64,000 nt of DNA from Trueperaceae bacterium (GTDB lineage: Bacteria; Deinococcota; Deinococci; Deinococcales; Trueperaceae): NCBI GenBank assembly GCA_035703635.1, contig DASSXV010000025.1:1-64000 (forward strand), written 5' to 3'. Of this stretch, positions 33,055-43,584 are shown piece by piece. Under the pieces are notes generated by a model. That model had not been told where the DNA came from and did no database searches. It saw only the letters and a list, made by a program, of their open reading frames with translations. A program made the translations under genes and the position numbers. Numbering within the stretch: the stretch's first letter is position 1; every line of letters begins with the position of its first letter.

Positions 33055-33151
33055 ACGCGCAAGTATACGGTGGGCCCGACGGGAGCGAGCGCTTACCCCA
33101 AAACGAGAGCGCCCCGGCGTAAACCGGGGCAACTCACGGGTGCTGACGAGC

Positions 33152-33322
33152 TCAGCGGAACAAGTAGGTTGTGACCACCCACGTGGCGATGAGCATGAGC
33201 ACCACGAACAGGACGACGTAGGGCAGGGAGGTGGCGTAAGTCGCGAGGATCAGCTTGAGGATCTCGCGCGGTGGCAGCTTGCGGTCGTTGCCGCCTCCGT
33301 TCTTGTCACCACTGGCGCCCAC
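33152..33322 (-). CDS. small membrane protein, 56 aa (absent from ORF track)
   Basis: MGASGDKNGGGNDRKLPPREILKLILATYATSLPYVVLFVVLMLIATWVVTTYLFR; GAGGTG before GTG; fills the gap after oppF. Confidence 0.65.
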   Translation of the reverse strand: MGASGDKNGGGNDRKLPPREILKLILATYATSLPYVVLFVVLMLIATWVVTTYLFR

Positions 33323-33330
33323 TCTTCACC

Positions 33331-34335
33331 TCAACGGTTGATGCACGCCTTGAAGTGACCTGGTGAGACTTCGACGAGCGGCGGGATGACTTCCGCGCAC
33401 TCCTTGGTCGCGATGGGGCAGCGCGTGCGGAACACGCAACCGGACGGCGGGTTGATGGGTGAGGGGATGTCGCCCTGCAAGATGACGCGGTCACGCTTGA
33501 TGGTCGGATCGGGGATGGGCACGGCCGAGAGCAACGCTTCGGTGTACGGGTGGATGGGGTTGGCGTACAGCTCTTTGGCTGGCGCGATCTCCATGATGCG
33601 GCCGAGGTACATGACGATCACGTGATCGGAGATGTACTCGACTACCCCGAGGTCGTGCGCGATGAACAGCAGCGTGAGGCCGAGCTCGTCCTTCAGGTCC
33701 TGAAGGAGGTTCACGACCTGCGCCTGAATCGACACGTCGAGCGCGGAGACCGGCTCGTCAGCCACGATGAACTGCGGGTTGACGGCCAGGGCGCGCGCGA
33801 TGCCGATGCGCTGCCGTTGACCGCCGGAGAACTCGTGCGGGTAGCGGCGCATGTGCGACGGCGACAGGCCGACTTTCTCGAGGAGTTGCGCCACGCGCTG
33901 CTCGCGGTCCTTGCCACGGGCGAGGTTGTGGATCGTCATGGCCTCGCCGATGATGTCGCCGACCGACATGCGCGGGTTGAGGCTCGCGAACGGGTCCTGG
34001 AAGATGATCTGCATGCGCTTGCGGTACTCGCGCATGTGCGACTTGCTTAGCTTCGTGACGTCGACGCCGTCGAACAAGACCTCGCCAGCCGAAGGCTCGA
34101 TGAGCCTGAGGATGGAGCGACCGACGGTCGTCTTGCCGGAGCCTGACTCGCCCACCAGACCGACGACTTCGCCGCGCTTGACGTTGAAGCTCACGTCCTC
34201 GACGGCCTTGACGTTGGCGACCACGCGCGAGAAGATGCCGCCGCGAATGGGGAAGTACTTGCGCAGGTTCTTGATCTCGAGGAGGTTCTCTGACTGTGGG
34301 GCCTGCACTGCGCCCTTGGTACGCTCGTTGCTCAT
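33331..34335 (-). CDS. oppF: oligopeptide/dipeptide ABC transporter ATP-binding subunit
   Basis: [42 protein letters not shown]. Confidence 0.9.
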   Translation of the reverse strand: MSNERTKGAVQAPQSENLLEIKNLRKYFPIRGGIFSRVVANVKAVEDVSFNVKRGEVVGLVGESGSGKTTVGRSILRLIEPSAGEVLFDGVDVTKLSKSHMREYRKRMQIIFQDPFASLNPRMSVGDIIGEAMTIHNLARGKDREQRVAQLLEKVGLSPSHMRRYPHEFSGGQRQRIGIARALAVNPQFIVADEPVSALDVSIQAQVVNLLQDLKDELGLTLLFIAHDLGVVEYISDHVIVMYLGRIMEIAPAKELYANPIHPYTEALLSAVPIPDPTIKRDRVILQGDIPSPINPPSGCVFRTRCPIATKECAEVIPPLVEVSPGHFKACINR

Positions 34336-35345
34336 GCCGGGATCTCCGCTTTGAGGTCGAGTTCCTGCCACCTGACGCAGCGCACCATGTGCCCGTGACC
34401 GGTGTCGACGAGGTCGGGGACGGCCACCTTGCACTTGTCTTGTACGAAGCGGCAGCGTGGGTGGAAGGCGCAACCTGCTGGCAGGTTGAGGGGGTTAGGC
34501 ACGTTGCCTGGGATGGCCTGCAGCCGCTCTTGGTGCTCGGCGGCGCGGTCGACGCGCGGGATGGAGTTGAGAAGTCCGAGCGTGTACGGCATCTTCGGGT
34601 CGGCGAAGATGTCGTTGACGTGCGCTTCCTCAACGGCGCGACCCGCGTACATGACGACGGCCCTGTCCGCCATCTCCGCCACGACCCCGAGGTCGTGGGT
34701 GATGAAGAGAATCGACATGCCGATCTCGTTCTGCAGCTTGCGCATGAGGTCGAGGATCTGCGCCTGGATGGTCACGTCGAGGGCCGTGGTTGGCTCGTCC
34801 GCGATGAGCAACTTCGGGCCGCACGACAGTGCCATGGCGATCATCACGCGTTGACGCATGCCGCCCGACATCTGGTGCGGGAAGTTCTTCACGCGCTTGC
34901 CTGGCTCCGGGATGCCGACCAGGTCAAGCATCTCGGCCGCGAGTTTCATGGCGTCGCGGTACGACTTGTTCTGGTGCAGGACGATGGCCTCGGCGATCTG
35001 ATCGCCGACCGTGTAAACGGGGTTGAGGCTCGTCATCGGCTCCTGGAAGATCATGGAGATGTCGTTACCGCGGATGCGCCGCATCTCGCGCTCGGTCTTG
35101 GTCACCAAGTCCTTGCCTTCGAAGAGGATCTTGCCGCCCGCGATGCGCCCTGGAGGGGTGGGGATCAAGCGCATCATGGAGAGGCTCATCACCGACTTGC
35201 CCGAGCCGGACTCGCCGACGACGGCTAGGGTCTCGCCTTTGTCGAGGTGGAAACTCACCCCGTCGACGGCCTTCACCGTGCCTTCGTCCGTGTCGAAGTA
35301 AGTCTTGAGATCGACGACCTCAAGGAGCCGTTCTTTATTAGCCAT
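34332..35345 (-). CDS. oppD: oligopeptide/dipeptide ABC transporter ATP-binding subunit
   Basis: [38 protein letters not shown]. Confidence 0.9.
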   Translation of the reverse strand: MANKERLLEVVDLKTYFDTDEGTVKAVDGVSFHLDKGETLAVVGESGSGKSVMSLSMMRLIPTPPGRIAGGKILFEGKDLVTKTEREMRRIRGNDISMIFQEPMTSLNPVYTVGDQIAEAIVLHQNKSYRDAMKLAAEMLDLVGIPEPGKRVKNFPHQMSGGMRQRVMIAMALSCGPKLLIADEPTTALDVTIQAQILDLMRKLQNEIGMSILFITHDLGVVAEMADRAVVMYAGRAVEEAHVNDIFADPKMPYTLGLLNSIPRVDRAAEHQERLQAIPGNVPNPLNLPAGCAFHPRCRFVQDKCKVAVPDLVDTGHGHMVRCVRWQELDLKAEIPA

Positions 35346-35506
35346 CTATGCGTACACTCCTCACTTGATGATTGCGAAGCCAGGCCGTTACGAGAACGGT
35401 TGCTTAGGAATAGCCGAGCCAGGCGCACGGTTCAGATAAGCGCGGCGCGCCTCGCAACATAGTGGTGAGACTGTGGAAATACGCCCGACTTACCTTGGGC
35501 CCCGCG

Positions 35507-36778
35507 TCATCTACGCTTCTTGGGGTCGAAGGCGTCCCGTAGGCCGTCGCCGAGCAGGTTCCAGCATAACACCGCGAAGAGGATAGGGATACCAGGTATC
35601 AGGAGCCAGGGCACGAACTGGATGCTGATGCCGCGCGAAGTCGCGTCACGCAGCAGAAGGCCCCAGCTTGCCGTATCTAGTTCGCTCGGGCCTAACCCGA
35701 GGAACGACAAGCCCGTCTCCGCTAGGATGAACCCTGGGATGGAGAGGGTGAGGTCAACTATCACGTAGCTCGCGGTGCTCGGCAGCAAGTGGCGCCACAG
35801 CACGCGCGTCTCGCTTGCGCCAAGCGCCTTGGCCGCCGCCGCGTAGTCGAGCTCACGGGCCGACAGGATGAGGCTGCGGATGATGCGCGCCAAGCCGCCC
35901 CAACCCACGAAGCCGAGCACGACGACCGTCAGTAGGAACGTCTGCGCGGACGTCATCTGCAGTCCGAACGCCTTCGCGAGCGGGTTATTCGGGTCCCTAA
36001 GCAGCGAAGACAGCACGATCAGCAGGAACAGACCGGGTATGGCGGCGAAGACCTCCACCAGGCGCATTATCAAGTCGTCGACGAAACCGCCGTAGAAGCC
36101 AGCTATGCCGCCTAACAACAACCCGAGGAAGAAGGCGACCCACACTGCCAAGATGCCGATGGTGAGGCTCACCTGACCGCCGAACAGCACGCGTGAGAAG
36201 AGGTCCTTACCTAGGTTGTTCGAGCCCCACAGGAATATCCGAGCAGGGTCGTCGACCCCGAACAGGTGAAGGTCCGACTTGAAGAGGCCGAGGACCTTGT
36301 AAGGCTGCGACGGGCGGTGGACGAAGAACTTGATCGGGTAGCGCGTGTCGGTTACGTCCTCGTAAACCCGCTGCCGCGTGATGGGGTCGCGTGATTCGAC
36401 GACGTCGTACACGAACGGGCGCGTCAGCTTGCCGGTGTCCGGATCCGTCCAGTGGATCTGCGTTGGCGGCCTGAAAGCCGCCGCAGGCGAACGGCGATAC
36501 TCGTTGATGCCGTACGGCGCGAGGAAGCCAGCGAAGATGGCCGTCAGGTACATGAAGACGAGGATCCAGCCGCCGATCAAGGCAGCCTTGTGGCGCCTGA
36601 ACTGCTCCCAGACGATGCGGCCTTGGCTCTTGCTCTCGCGCGTGAGTAGCGGACCGGCTTGGCGCTCGAACGAGGCCTCGTCCTGCTGGGTGGTCGGCTC
36701 GTCGCCGTGGAGGCCAGCGCCCTCGAAGTTGGGGCCTTCGGTCTCTGGCGCCATCTTCTCGTCGTTTCTATCGGTCAT
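35507..36778 (-). CDS. oppC: peptide ABC transporter permease
   Basis: GKDLFSRVLFGGQVSL, AAAKALGAS, LLGDGLRDAFDP. Confidence 0.9.
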   Translation of the reverse strand: MTDRNDEKMAPETEGPNFEGAGLHGDEPTTQQDEASFERQAGPLLTRESKSQGRIVWEQFRRHKAALIGGWILVFMYLTAIFAGFLAPYGINEYRRSPAAAFRPPTQIHWTDPDTGKLTRPFVYDVVESRDPITRQRVYEDVTDTRYPIKFFVHRPSQPYKVLGLFKSDLHLFGVDDPARIFLWGSNNLGKDLFSRVLFGGQVSLTIGILAVWVAFFLGLLLGGIAGFYGGFVDDLIMRLVEVFAAIPGLFLLIVLSSLLRDPNNPLAKAFGLQMTSAQTFLLTVVVLGFVGWGGLARIIRSLILSARELDYAAAAKALGASETRVLWRHLLPSTASYVIVDLTLSIPGFILAETGLSFLGLGPSELDTASWGLLLRDATSRGISIQFVPWLLIPGIPILFAVLCWNLLGDGLRDAFDPKKRR

Positions 36779-36787
36779 GGCCGGGCC

Positions 36788-37789
36788 TCAGCTGTACCGG
36801 ATCCGCGGGTCGACAGCGGCCAGTAGCAGGTCAGAGAGGACGTTTCCGAACATCAGGAGGATGGTCGTGATGACTAGCAGTCCAAGGACAACGTAGATGT
36901 CCTGTGAGCTGAGGGCCGTGAGGAAAGTGGGGGTGATGCCAGGCCACGACATGACGACCTCGACCAGGCCGGCACCGCCAACCAGGCCAGGCAGCACGCT
37001 GCCGATGCCGGCTACGAACGGGATGATGGCTGGCCTAAGCGCGTGCTTGTAGGTGACTTTCGTGTTGCCGATGCCTTTGGCGCGCGCCGTGCGGATGAAG
37101 TCTGAACCGAGGTACTCGATCATCTGCGCGCGTAGCACTCGCGTGAAGCCCGCCATGCCGGAGGTCGCGACGACCAGCGACGGGATCAGCATGTGCCACA
37201 TCACGTCGAGGAACTTGCCGAACGGCGTGAGGGAGAGATAGTTGCTGCTGGTCATGCCGGCCACTGGGAAGATGAGTTGGTTGTAGCCGAACCAGTCCTT
37301 GGTCAGCGTCCGCAGCAGGAACAGCGCGAGGATGATCACCTGGGCAAGGAAGAAGTTAGGTGTCGCCAAGCCGAGGTAAGAGAGGATGCTGACCGTTTGG
37401 TCGCCTACCGAATACTGCCTTACGGCCGAGTAGACCCCAGCGGGAACGGACACCGCCCAGAGAAGCACCAGCGATAGCAGAGCAAGATACATGCTGTTGC
37501 GCATGGGGTTGGCGATGCGCTGCCATACCGGCTGGTTCGACACGAACGACTGTCCGAGGTTGCCAACGGCGAGGTTCTTCATCCACGTCACGTACTGCAC
37601 GTAGACGGGTTTATCAAGGCCGAACTCAGCACGCATGCGTTGGATGGTCTCTGGCCGGACGTTCGGCTCGAGTTCCTTGGCCTTGAAGAAGTCACCAGGC
37701 ACTAATTGGCTGATGAGGAACATCAGCATCGTTGCCCCGATGAAAGTGGGGATGAGCTGAAAGAGTCGCTTGACTAGGTAAACGAGCAC
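36788..37789 (-). CDS. oppB: peptide ABC transporter permease
   Basis: FGLDKPVYVQY, DFIRTARAKG, LLLAAVDPRIR. Confidence 0.9.
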   Translation of the reverse strand: MLVYLVKRLFQLIPTFIGATMLMFLISQLVPGDFFKAKELEPNVRPETIQRMRAEFGLDKPVYVQYVTWMKNLAVGNLGQSFVSNQPVWQRIANPMRNSMYLALLSLVLLWAVSVPAGVYSAVRQYSVGDQTVSILSYLGLATPNFFLAQVIILALFLLRTLTKDWFGYNQLIFPVAGMTSSNYLSLTPFGKFLDVMWHMLIPSLVVATSGMAGFTRVLRAQMIEYLGSDFIRTARAKGIGNTKVTYKHALRPAIIPFVAGIGSVLPGLVGGAGLVEVVMSWPGITPTFLTALSSQDIYVVLGLLVITTILLMFGNVLSDLLLAAVDPRIRYS

Positions 37790-37900
37790 CGTTATGCCCC
37801 CTGTGCCGAACGCGCGGCGAGGTGCGCGTCGTAAAGGGCGTCAGGGCGCCCGTTGGCGGGATCAGAGATTCGCATGTTCCATAAGATAGTTCTTCAGATG

Positions 37901-37927
37901 GAGTGGGCGGCGTAACGCCGCCCACTC
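37901..37927 (-). terminator. perfect 12-bp stem-loop after oppA (mRNA-stabilising hairpin or partial terminator)
   Basis: GAGTGGGCGGCG-TAA-CGCCGCCCACTC; no U-tract. Confidence 0.6.
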
Positions 37928-37957
37928 TGGTACTGCTGCTTGGTCCTAGCCCCTAGC

Positions 37958-39709
37958 TTACTGGGCCTTGAAGAGGAGCGGCAGTTCCCACGCGCCGAGG
38001 AGCGGGTTGATCTCGCCCTCGTTGTGGTAGCCGCGGATGTTGCCTGCCCAGCTGTAGTGAGCCATCGGGCTGACGGCGTACAGGATGGGGATGAGGTCGG
38101 CTTCTACGGCCTGGATGTCGTAACCGATGTCGCGAGCGGCTTCGGTATCGAGCTCTTCACGGCCGACGTTGAACAGCTGAGACATGAGGGTCTCTTGCGT
38201 GGTCAAGCAGGCGTCGCTCGTGTTGTACATGTGGAGGTTGGTGGCGCAAGGTACGACGTTCACGCCGAACGGCCAGTCGCGCGATCCGCCGGTGAGGCCG
38301 ATCAGGATGGCGTCGAACGGACGGTCTTCGCCTTCGGAGAGGAGCTGGTCGACGAGCAGGTTGAAGTCGATGGCCTGGACCTGGACGTCAACGCCGATCT
38401 CGCGGGCGCTGTCAGCGAAGAGCCCGGCGATCTGCTCGCGGGCCGTGTTGCCGGCGTTGGTCGCGAGGATGAAGGACGCCTTGTCGCCGGCGGCGTTCAC
38501 GAGGATGCCGTCGGAGTTCTTGGTGTCGAAGCCGATGCCGGCCATGAGGGCGGCTGCTGCTTCTGGGTCGTAAGGGTACTTCTCGACGTCGTGGTTGACC
38601 CAGAAGTCGTTGATCGGGTAGACGTTCGTGTACATCGGGATGCCCGAGCCGTTGTAGACCAGGTCGATGATGGCGTCGCGGTCCATGACGTGCGCCATGG
38701 CGCGGCGGAAGTCGACGTTACGGAAGAGGGCCTGCTTGACGGGGTCGGAGGCCTTGTTCCAGTTCCAGACGATGAACTGGCTGCTGGCGACGGGGCTGAC
38801 GGCCTCGAGGACGATAGCGCTGATGTCGCCGTTGTTGACGGCCTGGTTGATGACACCGATGTCGTCAAGGTTACGCGGGCTGAAGGAGTCGATCTCGCCG
38901 GCGAGGTAGAGGTTGAGCGCGGAGTCGAGGTCGCCCGCGACGGTCATGGAGTAGCCGTCTAGGTACGGAAGGGCGTTACCTTCTTCGTCGACGTTCCACT
39001 CACCGAAGAACGGGTTGCGCTCGAGAACGATGCGCTCGCCAGGCTGGAAGGAGGTCGGGACGAACGAGGTCGACCAGACGGTCTTGGTGACGTCAACGTC
39101 GGTCCCCCAGAGGGCCTTGACGGCTTCGGCGCCGCCGCTGCGGTACGCCTCGCCGAAGATGGCGTCGGGCACCGGAATGACTGCGGCCACCGGGAAGGCG
39201 AGGCGGTCAGGGCGCGGGAAGTTGAAGCGCAGCCCGTTGTCGCCGACCTTCTCGACCGTGATGGCGTCGTCGCCCATGAACCAGCTGTCGTAGCCGTTGG
39301 AGCCGACATCCGGGTCGGTCTCGAGCACGTAGCGGAGGTAGTAGTCCTGGGCGGTGATGGGGCTACCGTCTGACCACTTCATGCCGTCGCGCACGACCAT
39401 GTCGACCTGGGTGCCGTCTTCGTTGACCGTGTAGGACGCTGCCCCGTAAGGGAGCCAGGCGTCGGAGTCTGGGCCGCGGACGATCAGGGCGGCGCCGGTG
39501 TTGAAGAGGTAGTCGGAGAGGGCCTGCGACTCAGCGGAGGTCACGGGGTTGAACGTGCGCGGGTCGCCGATGAGGGCGATGCGCAGCGTGCCGCCGTACG
39601 CGGCCTCACCTGGGGTGGCGTTGCTCCAGGCGCTCGGCCATACGAAGGGCTGGGCGAAGGCGAAGGACGCCACCGCCAGCAGGCTTAGACCGATTAGCAA
39701 CTTCTTCAT
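37958..39709 (-). CDS. oppA: family 5 ABC substrate-binding protein
   Basis: Signal peptide (AFA), GGTLR, DPRTFNP, KWSDGSPITAQD, FRRAMAHVMDRD; GGAGG RBS. Confidence 0.9.
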   Translation of the reverse strand: MKKLLIGLSLLAVASFAFAQPFVWPSAWSNATPGEAAYGGTLRIALIGDPRTFNPVTSAESQALSDYLFNTGAALIVRGPDSDAWLPYGAASYTVNEDGTQVDMVVRDGMKWSDGSPITAQDYYLRYVLETDPDVGSNGYDSWFMGDDAITVEKVGDNGLRFNFPRPDRLAFPVAAVIPVPDAIFGEAYRSGGAEAVKALWGTDVDVTKTVWSTSFVPTSFQPGERIVLERNPFFGEWNVDEEGNALPYLDGYSMTVAGDLDSALNLYLAGEIDSFSPRNLDDIGVINQAVNNGDISAIVLEAVSPVASSQFIVWNWNKASDPVKQALFRNVDFRRAMAHVMDRDAIIDLVYNGSGIPMYTNVYPINDFWVNHDVEKYPYDPEAAAALMAGIGFDTKNSDGILVNAAGDKASFILATNAGNTAREQIAGLFADSAREIGVDVQVQAIDFNLLVDQLLSEGEDRPFDAILIGLTGGSRDWPFGVNVVPCATNLHMYNTSDACLTTQETLMSQLFNVGREELDTEAARDIGYDIQAVEADLIPILYAVSPMAHYSWAGNIRGYHNEGEINPLLGAWELPLLFKAQ

Positions 39710-39916
39710 ATATCTCCTCCATTAGAGGTAACTGTTGGCGTGGGCGTGAGCCGTTGCCGACCCCTACCTTCACGCTGTGGTTGACGCCTGCCTACGGTAA
39801 CCTCACATCGCGAAACCTGCAAGACCGCTGAGACTGAACAGCAGCTGCCGCGTTGCGCGGAGGAGCCCGGCGGCCGGAGCGCCGGGTGGGCTATGTACAT
39901 TTACCCACTTGGGTCG

Positions 39917-39946
39917 AATCTATCACCACGGTTCTTAGGGCGTCAA
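39917..39946 (-). promoter_or_regulatory. sigma70-type promoter of the opp operon
   Basis: TTGACG-18 nt-TAGATT with TG extension on the minus strand. Confidence 0.55.
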
Positions 39947-40017
39947 CGCGACGAGTACCGCGCATCTGCGCCCCAAGGTGGACCTGGTCGCTAATAGATC
40001 ATGACGCGTGAGACGGC

Positions 40018-40065
40018 AAAAAAGTGCGGGGCGGCGTTCCAACTGCCGTTGGAAAGGCGCCCCGC
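40018..40065 (-). terminator. intrinsic terminator downstream of secG
   Basis: Minus strand GCGGGGCG..TTCCAAC-GGCA-GTTGGAA..CGCCCCGC followed by TTTTTT. Confidence 0.8.
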
Positions 40066-40120
40066 TTGAGTTAACCGAAGTTTTACCGTCACCTGCGCAG
40101 AGGCAGGGCGAACGACTAAC

Positions 40121-40351
40121 TCAGCGCGGGATCAGGCCGAGCAGGAGGGCGAGAACCGCCCACGCCACGGAAAGGTAGATCGTCGAGCGGTGCAGACCGC
40201 CCGCCGTGCCGCCCAGGCTGGCGCCGAAGTCGCCGCCCCCGCCGCCGCCAAGCGCGTCACCAAGACCAGACTGCTTCGGTTCCTGCATGAGTATCGCGAC
40301 CGTGAGTATCACGGACACGATCAAGAAGATTATGAACGCTATCCAGAACAT
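40121..40351 (-). CDS. secG: preprotein translocase subunit SecG
   Basis: Two TM helices, ILMQEPKQSGLG, Gly-rich loop; GGAGG RBS. Confidence 0.9.
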   Translation of the reverse strand: MFWIAFIIFLIVSVILTVAILMQEPKQSGLGDALGGGGGGDFGASLGGTAGGLHRSTIYLSVAWAVLALLLGLIPR

Positions 40352-40404
40352 CCTGCCTCCACGAGCCGTCCGCGGCGTGCCTGTCGGCCGGTCGCGTACT
40401 TGAT

Positions 40405-40488
40405 TGGTGCCGAGAGCGGGACTCGAACCCGCACAGGTCGCCCCGGTTGATTTTGAGTCAACTGCGTCTACCGTTCCGCCATCTCGGC
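40405..40488 (-). tRNA. tRNA-Leu (anticodon CAA)
   Basis: GCCGAGA acceptor stem, GTTGA-CTCAAAA-TCAAC anticodon arm, long variable arm, GGTTCGAGTCC T-arm, encoded CCA. Confidence 0.96.
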
Positions 40489-40618
40489 CCGTCACTGCCG
40501 CTGAATGCGACACACGGACGGTTGAGAATACTACCAACTCCAGCGTGCCGTGAGCAAGTTGCTTAGCGCTCTGAGGTCAGTCGGGGCGCCCCCAGGCGCG
40601 TGGTACCGTAGCGCTCGT

Positions 40619-41314
40619 ATGCGCGTGGCCATAGTGACGTTCCCCGGCAGCAATTGCGTCGAGGACGCATCATACGCCCTCGGCGCCGTGCTTGGCGCCA
40701 GCACGTGGAACGTCTGGCACACGGCAGATACGCTCTCCAACTCAGGTAGTGCGCCGGAGGCGGTCGTCATACCGGGCGGCTTCAGTTATGGCGATTACCT
40801 GCGCTGCGGCGCGCTGGCAGCACACAGCCCCGTCATGAAGGCCGTGCGGTCGTTCGCGGCAGCTGGTGGGCCGGTACTTGGCATCTGCAACGGCTTCCAA
40901 GTGCTGACCGAAGCCGGCTTGCTGCCAGGTCAACTCGCGCGCAACGCGGAGCTGCGCTTCATGTGTCGCGACGTTCACTTGCGCGTGGAGCGCACCGACT
41001 TGCCGTTCACGCGCCGCGCAAGCAGCGGTCAACTCCTGCGCTTGCCCGTTGCCCACGCAGATGGGCGCTACTACGCTGACGACGCCGTCCTCGAGCGCCT
41101 CGAGGGCGAGGGGCAAGTGGCCTTGCGTTACGTCAGTGCCAGCGGCGCGCAAGTAGTGGACGCCAACCCCAACGGCAGCCGCAACGCCATCGCTGGCGTT
41201 ACGAACGCCGCGGGCAACGTGCTCGGCATGATGCCTCACCCGGAACGCGCCGTCGAGGAGCTGCTTGGCGGGGAAGACGGCCGGGTCATCCTGGAATCGC
41301 TCCTAAGCAGTTGA
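40619..41314 (+). CDS. purQ: phosphoribosylformylglycinamidine synthase subunit PurQ
   Basis: FPGSNC, PGGFSYGDYLRCG, LGICNGFQ, NPNGS, GMMPHPER. Confidence 0.97.
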   Translation: MRVAIVTFPGSNCVEDASYALGAVLGASTWNVWHTADTLSNSGSAPEAVVIPGGFSYGDYLRCGALAAHSPVMKAVRSFAAAGGPVLGICNGFQVLTEAGLLPGQLARNAELRFMCRDVHLRVERTDLPFTRRASSGQLLRLPVAHADGRYYADDAVLERLEGEGQVALRYVSASGAQVVDANPNGSRNAIAGVTNAAGNVLGMMPHPERAVEELLGGEDGRVILESLLSS

Positions 41315-41347
41315 CGCCGAACTGCGTGCTTGTCGAAAGGAACCCTC

Positions 41348-43579
41348 ATGGCAGAAGACCTTAGGTCTGCCGCCGCTACTTTCGGGCTGACTCCTGAGGA
41401 GTTCGACGGGGTCGTCGCGGCGCTCGGGCGCCAACCCAACCACCTCGAGGCGGCCATGTTCGGCGCCTTATGGAGCGAGCATTGCGGCTACAAGAACTCG
41501 AAGCCGCTTCTGCGCCGCCTCCCAACCAGCGGTCCGCAGGTGTTGCAGGGCCCCGGTGAGAACGCCGGGGTCGTCGACATCGGTGAGGGTTGGGCGGTGG
41601 CCTTCAAGATGGAGAGTCATAACCACCCAAGCGCCGTCGAGCCCGTGCAGGGCGCGGCGACGGGCGTTGGCGGCATCCTGCGCGACATCTTCGCGATGGG
41701 CGCGCGGCCGTTCGCGACGCTGAACGCGCTGAGGTTCGGGGAGTTCAGCGAGGCAAGGAACCGCTACCTGCTCACCGGTGTCGTGCAGGGGATCGCGCTT
41801 TACGGCAACGCCATCGGCGTGCCGACGGTCGGCGGCGAGATCGAATCCAACCCGTGTTACACGGAGAACCCGCTCGTCAACGTCATGGCGCTTGGCCTGT
41901 TGCGCCACGAAGAATTGCAGAAGGGCACCGTCGGCGCCGTGGGTAACAGGCTCTTGTACGTCGGTTCACGGACTGGCCGCGACGGGCTTGGCGGTGCGGT
42001 GTTCGCCTCCGCCGACCTGTCAGGCGCCTCGAGCGCCGACCGGCCGGCCGTGCAAGTTGGCGACCCGTTCATGGAGAAGCTGCTGCTCGAGGCCTGCCTC
42101 GAGGCGTACTCAGCTGGCTTGGTCGCAGGCGTGCAGGACATGGGGGCCGCTGGCATCACCAGTTCCGTCGGTGAGATGGCGCACCGTGCCGGACTAGGGG
42201 TAGACGTGCACGTCGACCTAGTGCCGACCCGCGAGACCAGCATGACGCCCCTGGAGATCATGCTGTCTGAGTCGCAAGAGCGCATGGTGCTGACCGCCGT
42301 GCCCGGCAAGGAGGAGGAGTTGCTCGCCCTCCTCGCACGGTGGGAACTCGAAGCGGTCGAGATCGGCGAGGTCACAGACGGCGGCCGCTTCCGCGTGGTG
42401 GAGAACGGTGTCGTGGTGGCAGACATGCCGGTTCGTGCCCTCAACGAGCCGCCCGAGTACGTGCGTGACGGCGTAGAGGATGACCGCGTGCGCGCCGCCC
42501 GTGAAGCCGACCTAAGTGGTCTGCCCGTGCCAGCTGATCCGACCGGCGTCCTCGAGCGCCTCCTCGCGAGCCCGACCATCGCCTCGAAGCGCTCAGTCTT
42601 CGAGCAGTTCGACCAACAAGTCATGACCAACACGGTCGTCGGGCCGGGTGCAGCCGACGCCGCCGTGCTGCGCGTCAAAGGCAGCCGACTCGGTGTGGCG
42701 GCAACTGTCGACTGCAACTCGCGTTACGTCTACCTGGACCCAGAACTCGGCGCCATGCACGCGGTGGCGGAGGCCGCGCGCAACCTCAGCTGCGTCGGCG
42801 CGCTCCCGCTGGCCGTCACCGACAACCTGAACTTCGGCAACCCGACCGACCAAGGCGTCTACTACCAGCTCGAGCGCGCCGTAGCCGGCCTCACCACGGC
42901 CTGCTTGGCGCTTGACACCCCGGTGATCGGCGGCAACGTCAGCCTCTATAACGAGTACTCGACGCCAGAGGGCCGGCAGGGCATCCACCCGACGCCAACG
43001 GTTGGCATGGTCGGGGTGCTTGCCGACGTGAGCAGCCATGCCGGTAGTGCGTTGAAGCGCGCAGGGGACGCCATCGTGCTCATCGGCAATCCGGTCGGGA
43101 GTCTCGGCGCTAGCGAGTACCTCTACCGCCTGCACGGCCTCGAGGCGGGTTCACCGCCTGCGCTCGACCTCGTGACGGAGGCGAAGGTTCAAGCAGTCGT
43201 GCGCGGCCTGATCGCGGACGGCCTCTGCGACACGGCGCACGACACAAGCCACGGCGGCCTCGCCGTCGCGTTAGCCGAACTATGCCTCGGTGCGGAAGGT
43301 GCGGCTATCGGCCTCAAGGTCGACGTCGGTGATGGCGGCGGTGCACGCATCGACGAACTCCTCTTCGGCGAGGCGGCAGCGCGCGTGCTGCTCGCGCTGC
43401 GCCAGGAGCATGTCGAAGAGGCGCTGGCGCGCTGCGCGGCGGTGGGAGTGGAAGCGCAGGTGATCGGCGTTTCGGAGGGGTCGACGTTCGTCCTGCGCGG
43501 CGCGGGCGCGAACATCGAGATCGCGTTGCCCGAACTGGCGGCGCCGTACTTCGCCACCTACCCAGAGGCGTTACGCTGA
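41348..43579 (+). CDS. purL: phosphoribosylformylglycinamidine synthase subunit PurL (small type)
   Basis: WSEHCGYK, ESHNHPS, QDMGAAG, LSESQERM, DNLNFGNP. Confidence 0.97.
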   Translation: MAEDLRSAAATFGLTPEEFDGVVAALGRQPNHLEAAMFGALWSEHCGYKNSKPLLRRLPTSGPQVLQGPGENAGVVDIGEGWAVAFKMESHNHPSAVEPVQGAATGVGGILRDIFAMGARPFATLNALRFGEFSEARNRYLLTGVVQGIALYGNAIGVPTVGGEIESNPCYTENPLVNVMALGLLRHEELQKGTVGAVGNRLLYVGSRTGRDGLGGAVFASADLSGASSADRPAVQVGDPFMEKLLLEACLEAYSAGLVAGVQDMGAAGITSSVGEMAHRAGLGVDVHVDLVPTRETSMTPLEIMLSESQERMVLTAVPGKEEELLALLARWELEAVEIGEVTDGGRFRVVENGVVVADMPVRALNEPPEYVRDGVEDDRVRAAREADLSGLPVPADPTGVLERLLASPTIASKRSVFEQFDQQVMTNTVVGPGAADAAVLRVKGSRLGVAATVDCNSRYVYLDPELGAMHAVAEAARNLSCVGALPLAVTDNLNFGNPTDQGVYYQLERAVAGLTTACLALDTPVIGGNVSLYNEYSTPEGRQGIHPTPTVGMVGVLADVSSHAGSALKRAGDAIVLIGNPVGSLGASEYLYRLHGLEAGSPPALDLVTEAKVQAVVRGLIADGLCDTAHDTSHGGLAVALAELCLGAEGAAIGLKVDVGDGGGARIDELLFGEAAARVLLALRQEHVEEALARCAAVGVEAQVIGVSEGSTFVLRGAGANIEIALPELAAPYFATYPEALR

Positions 43580-43584
43580 CCTCC

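Noticed and set aside
37940-38962. Long antisense or alternative-frame ORFs (for example 37940-38962, 34296-35228, 33758-34633, 41857-42717)
   Set aside because: They shadow well-supported genes and are expected from high GC3 codon bias; no motifs
40405-40488. tRNA-Leu as an integration site
   Set aside because: No integrase and no duplicated tRNA 3' end noticed; it is followed directly by secG
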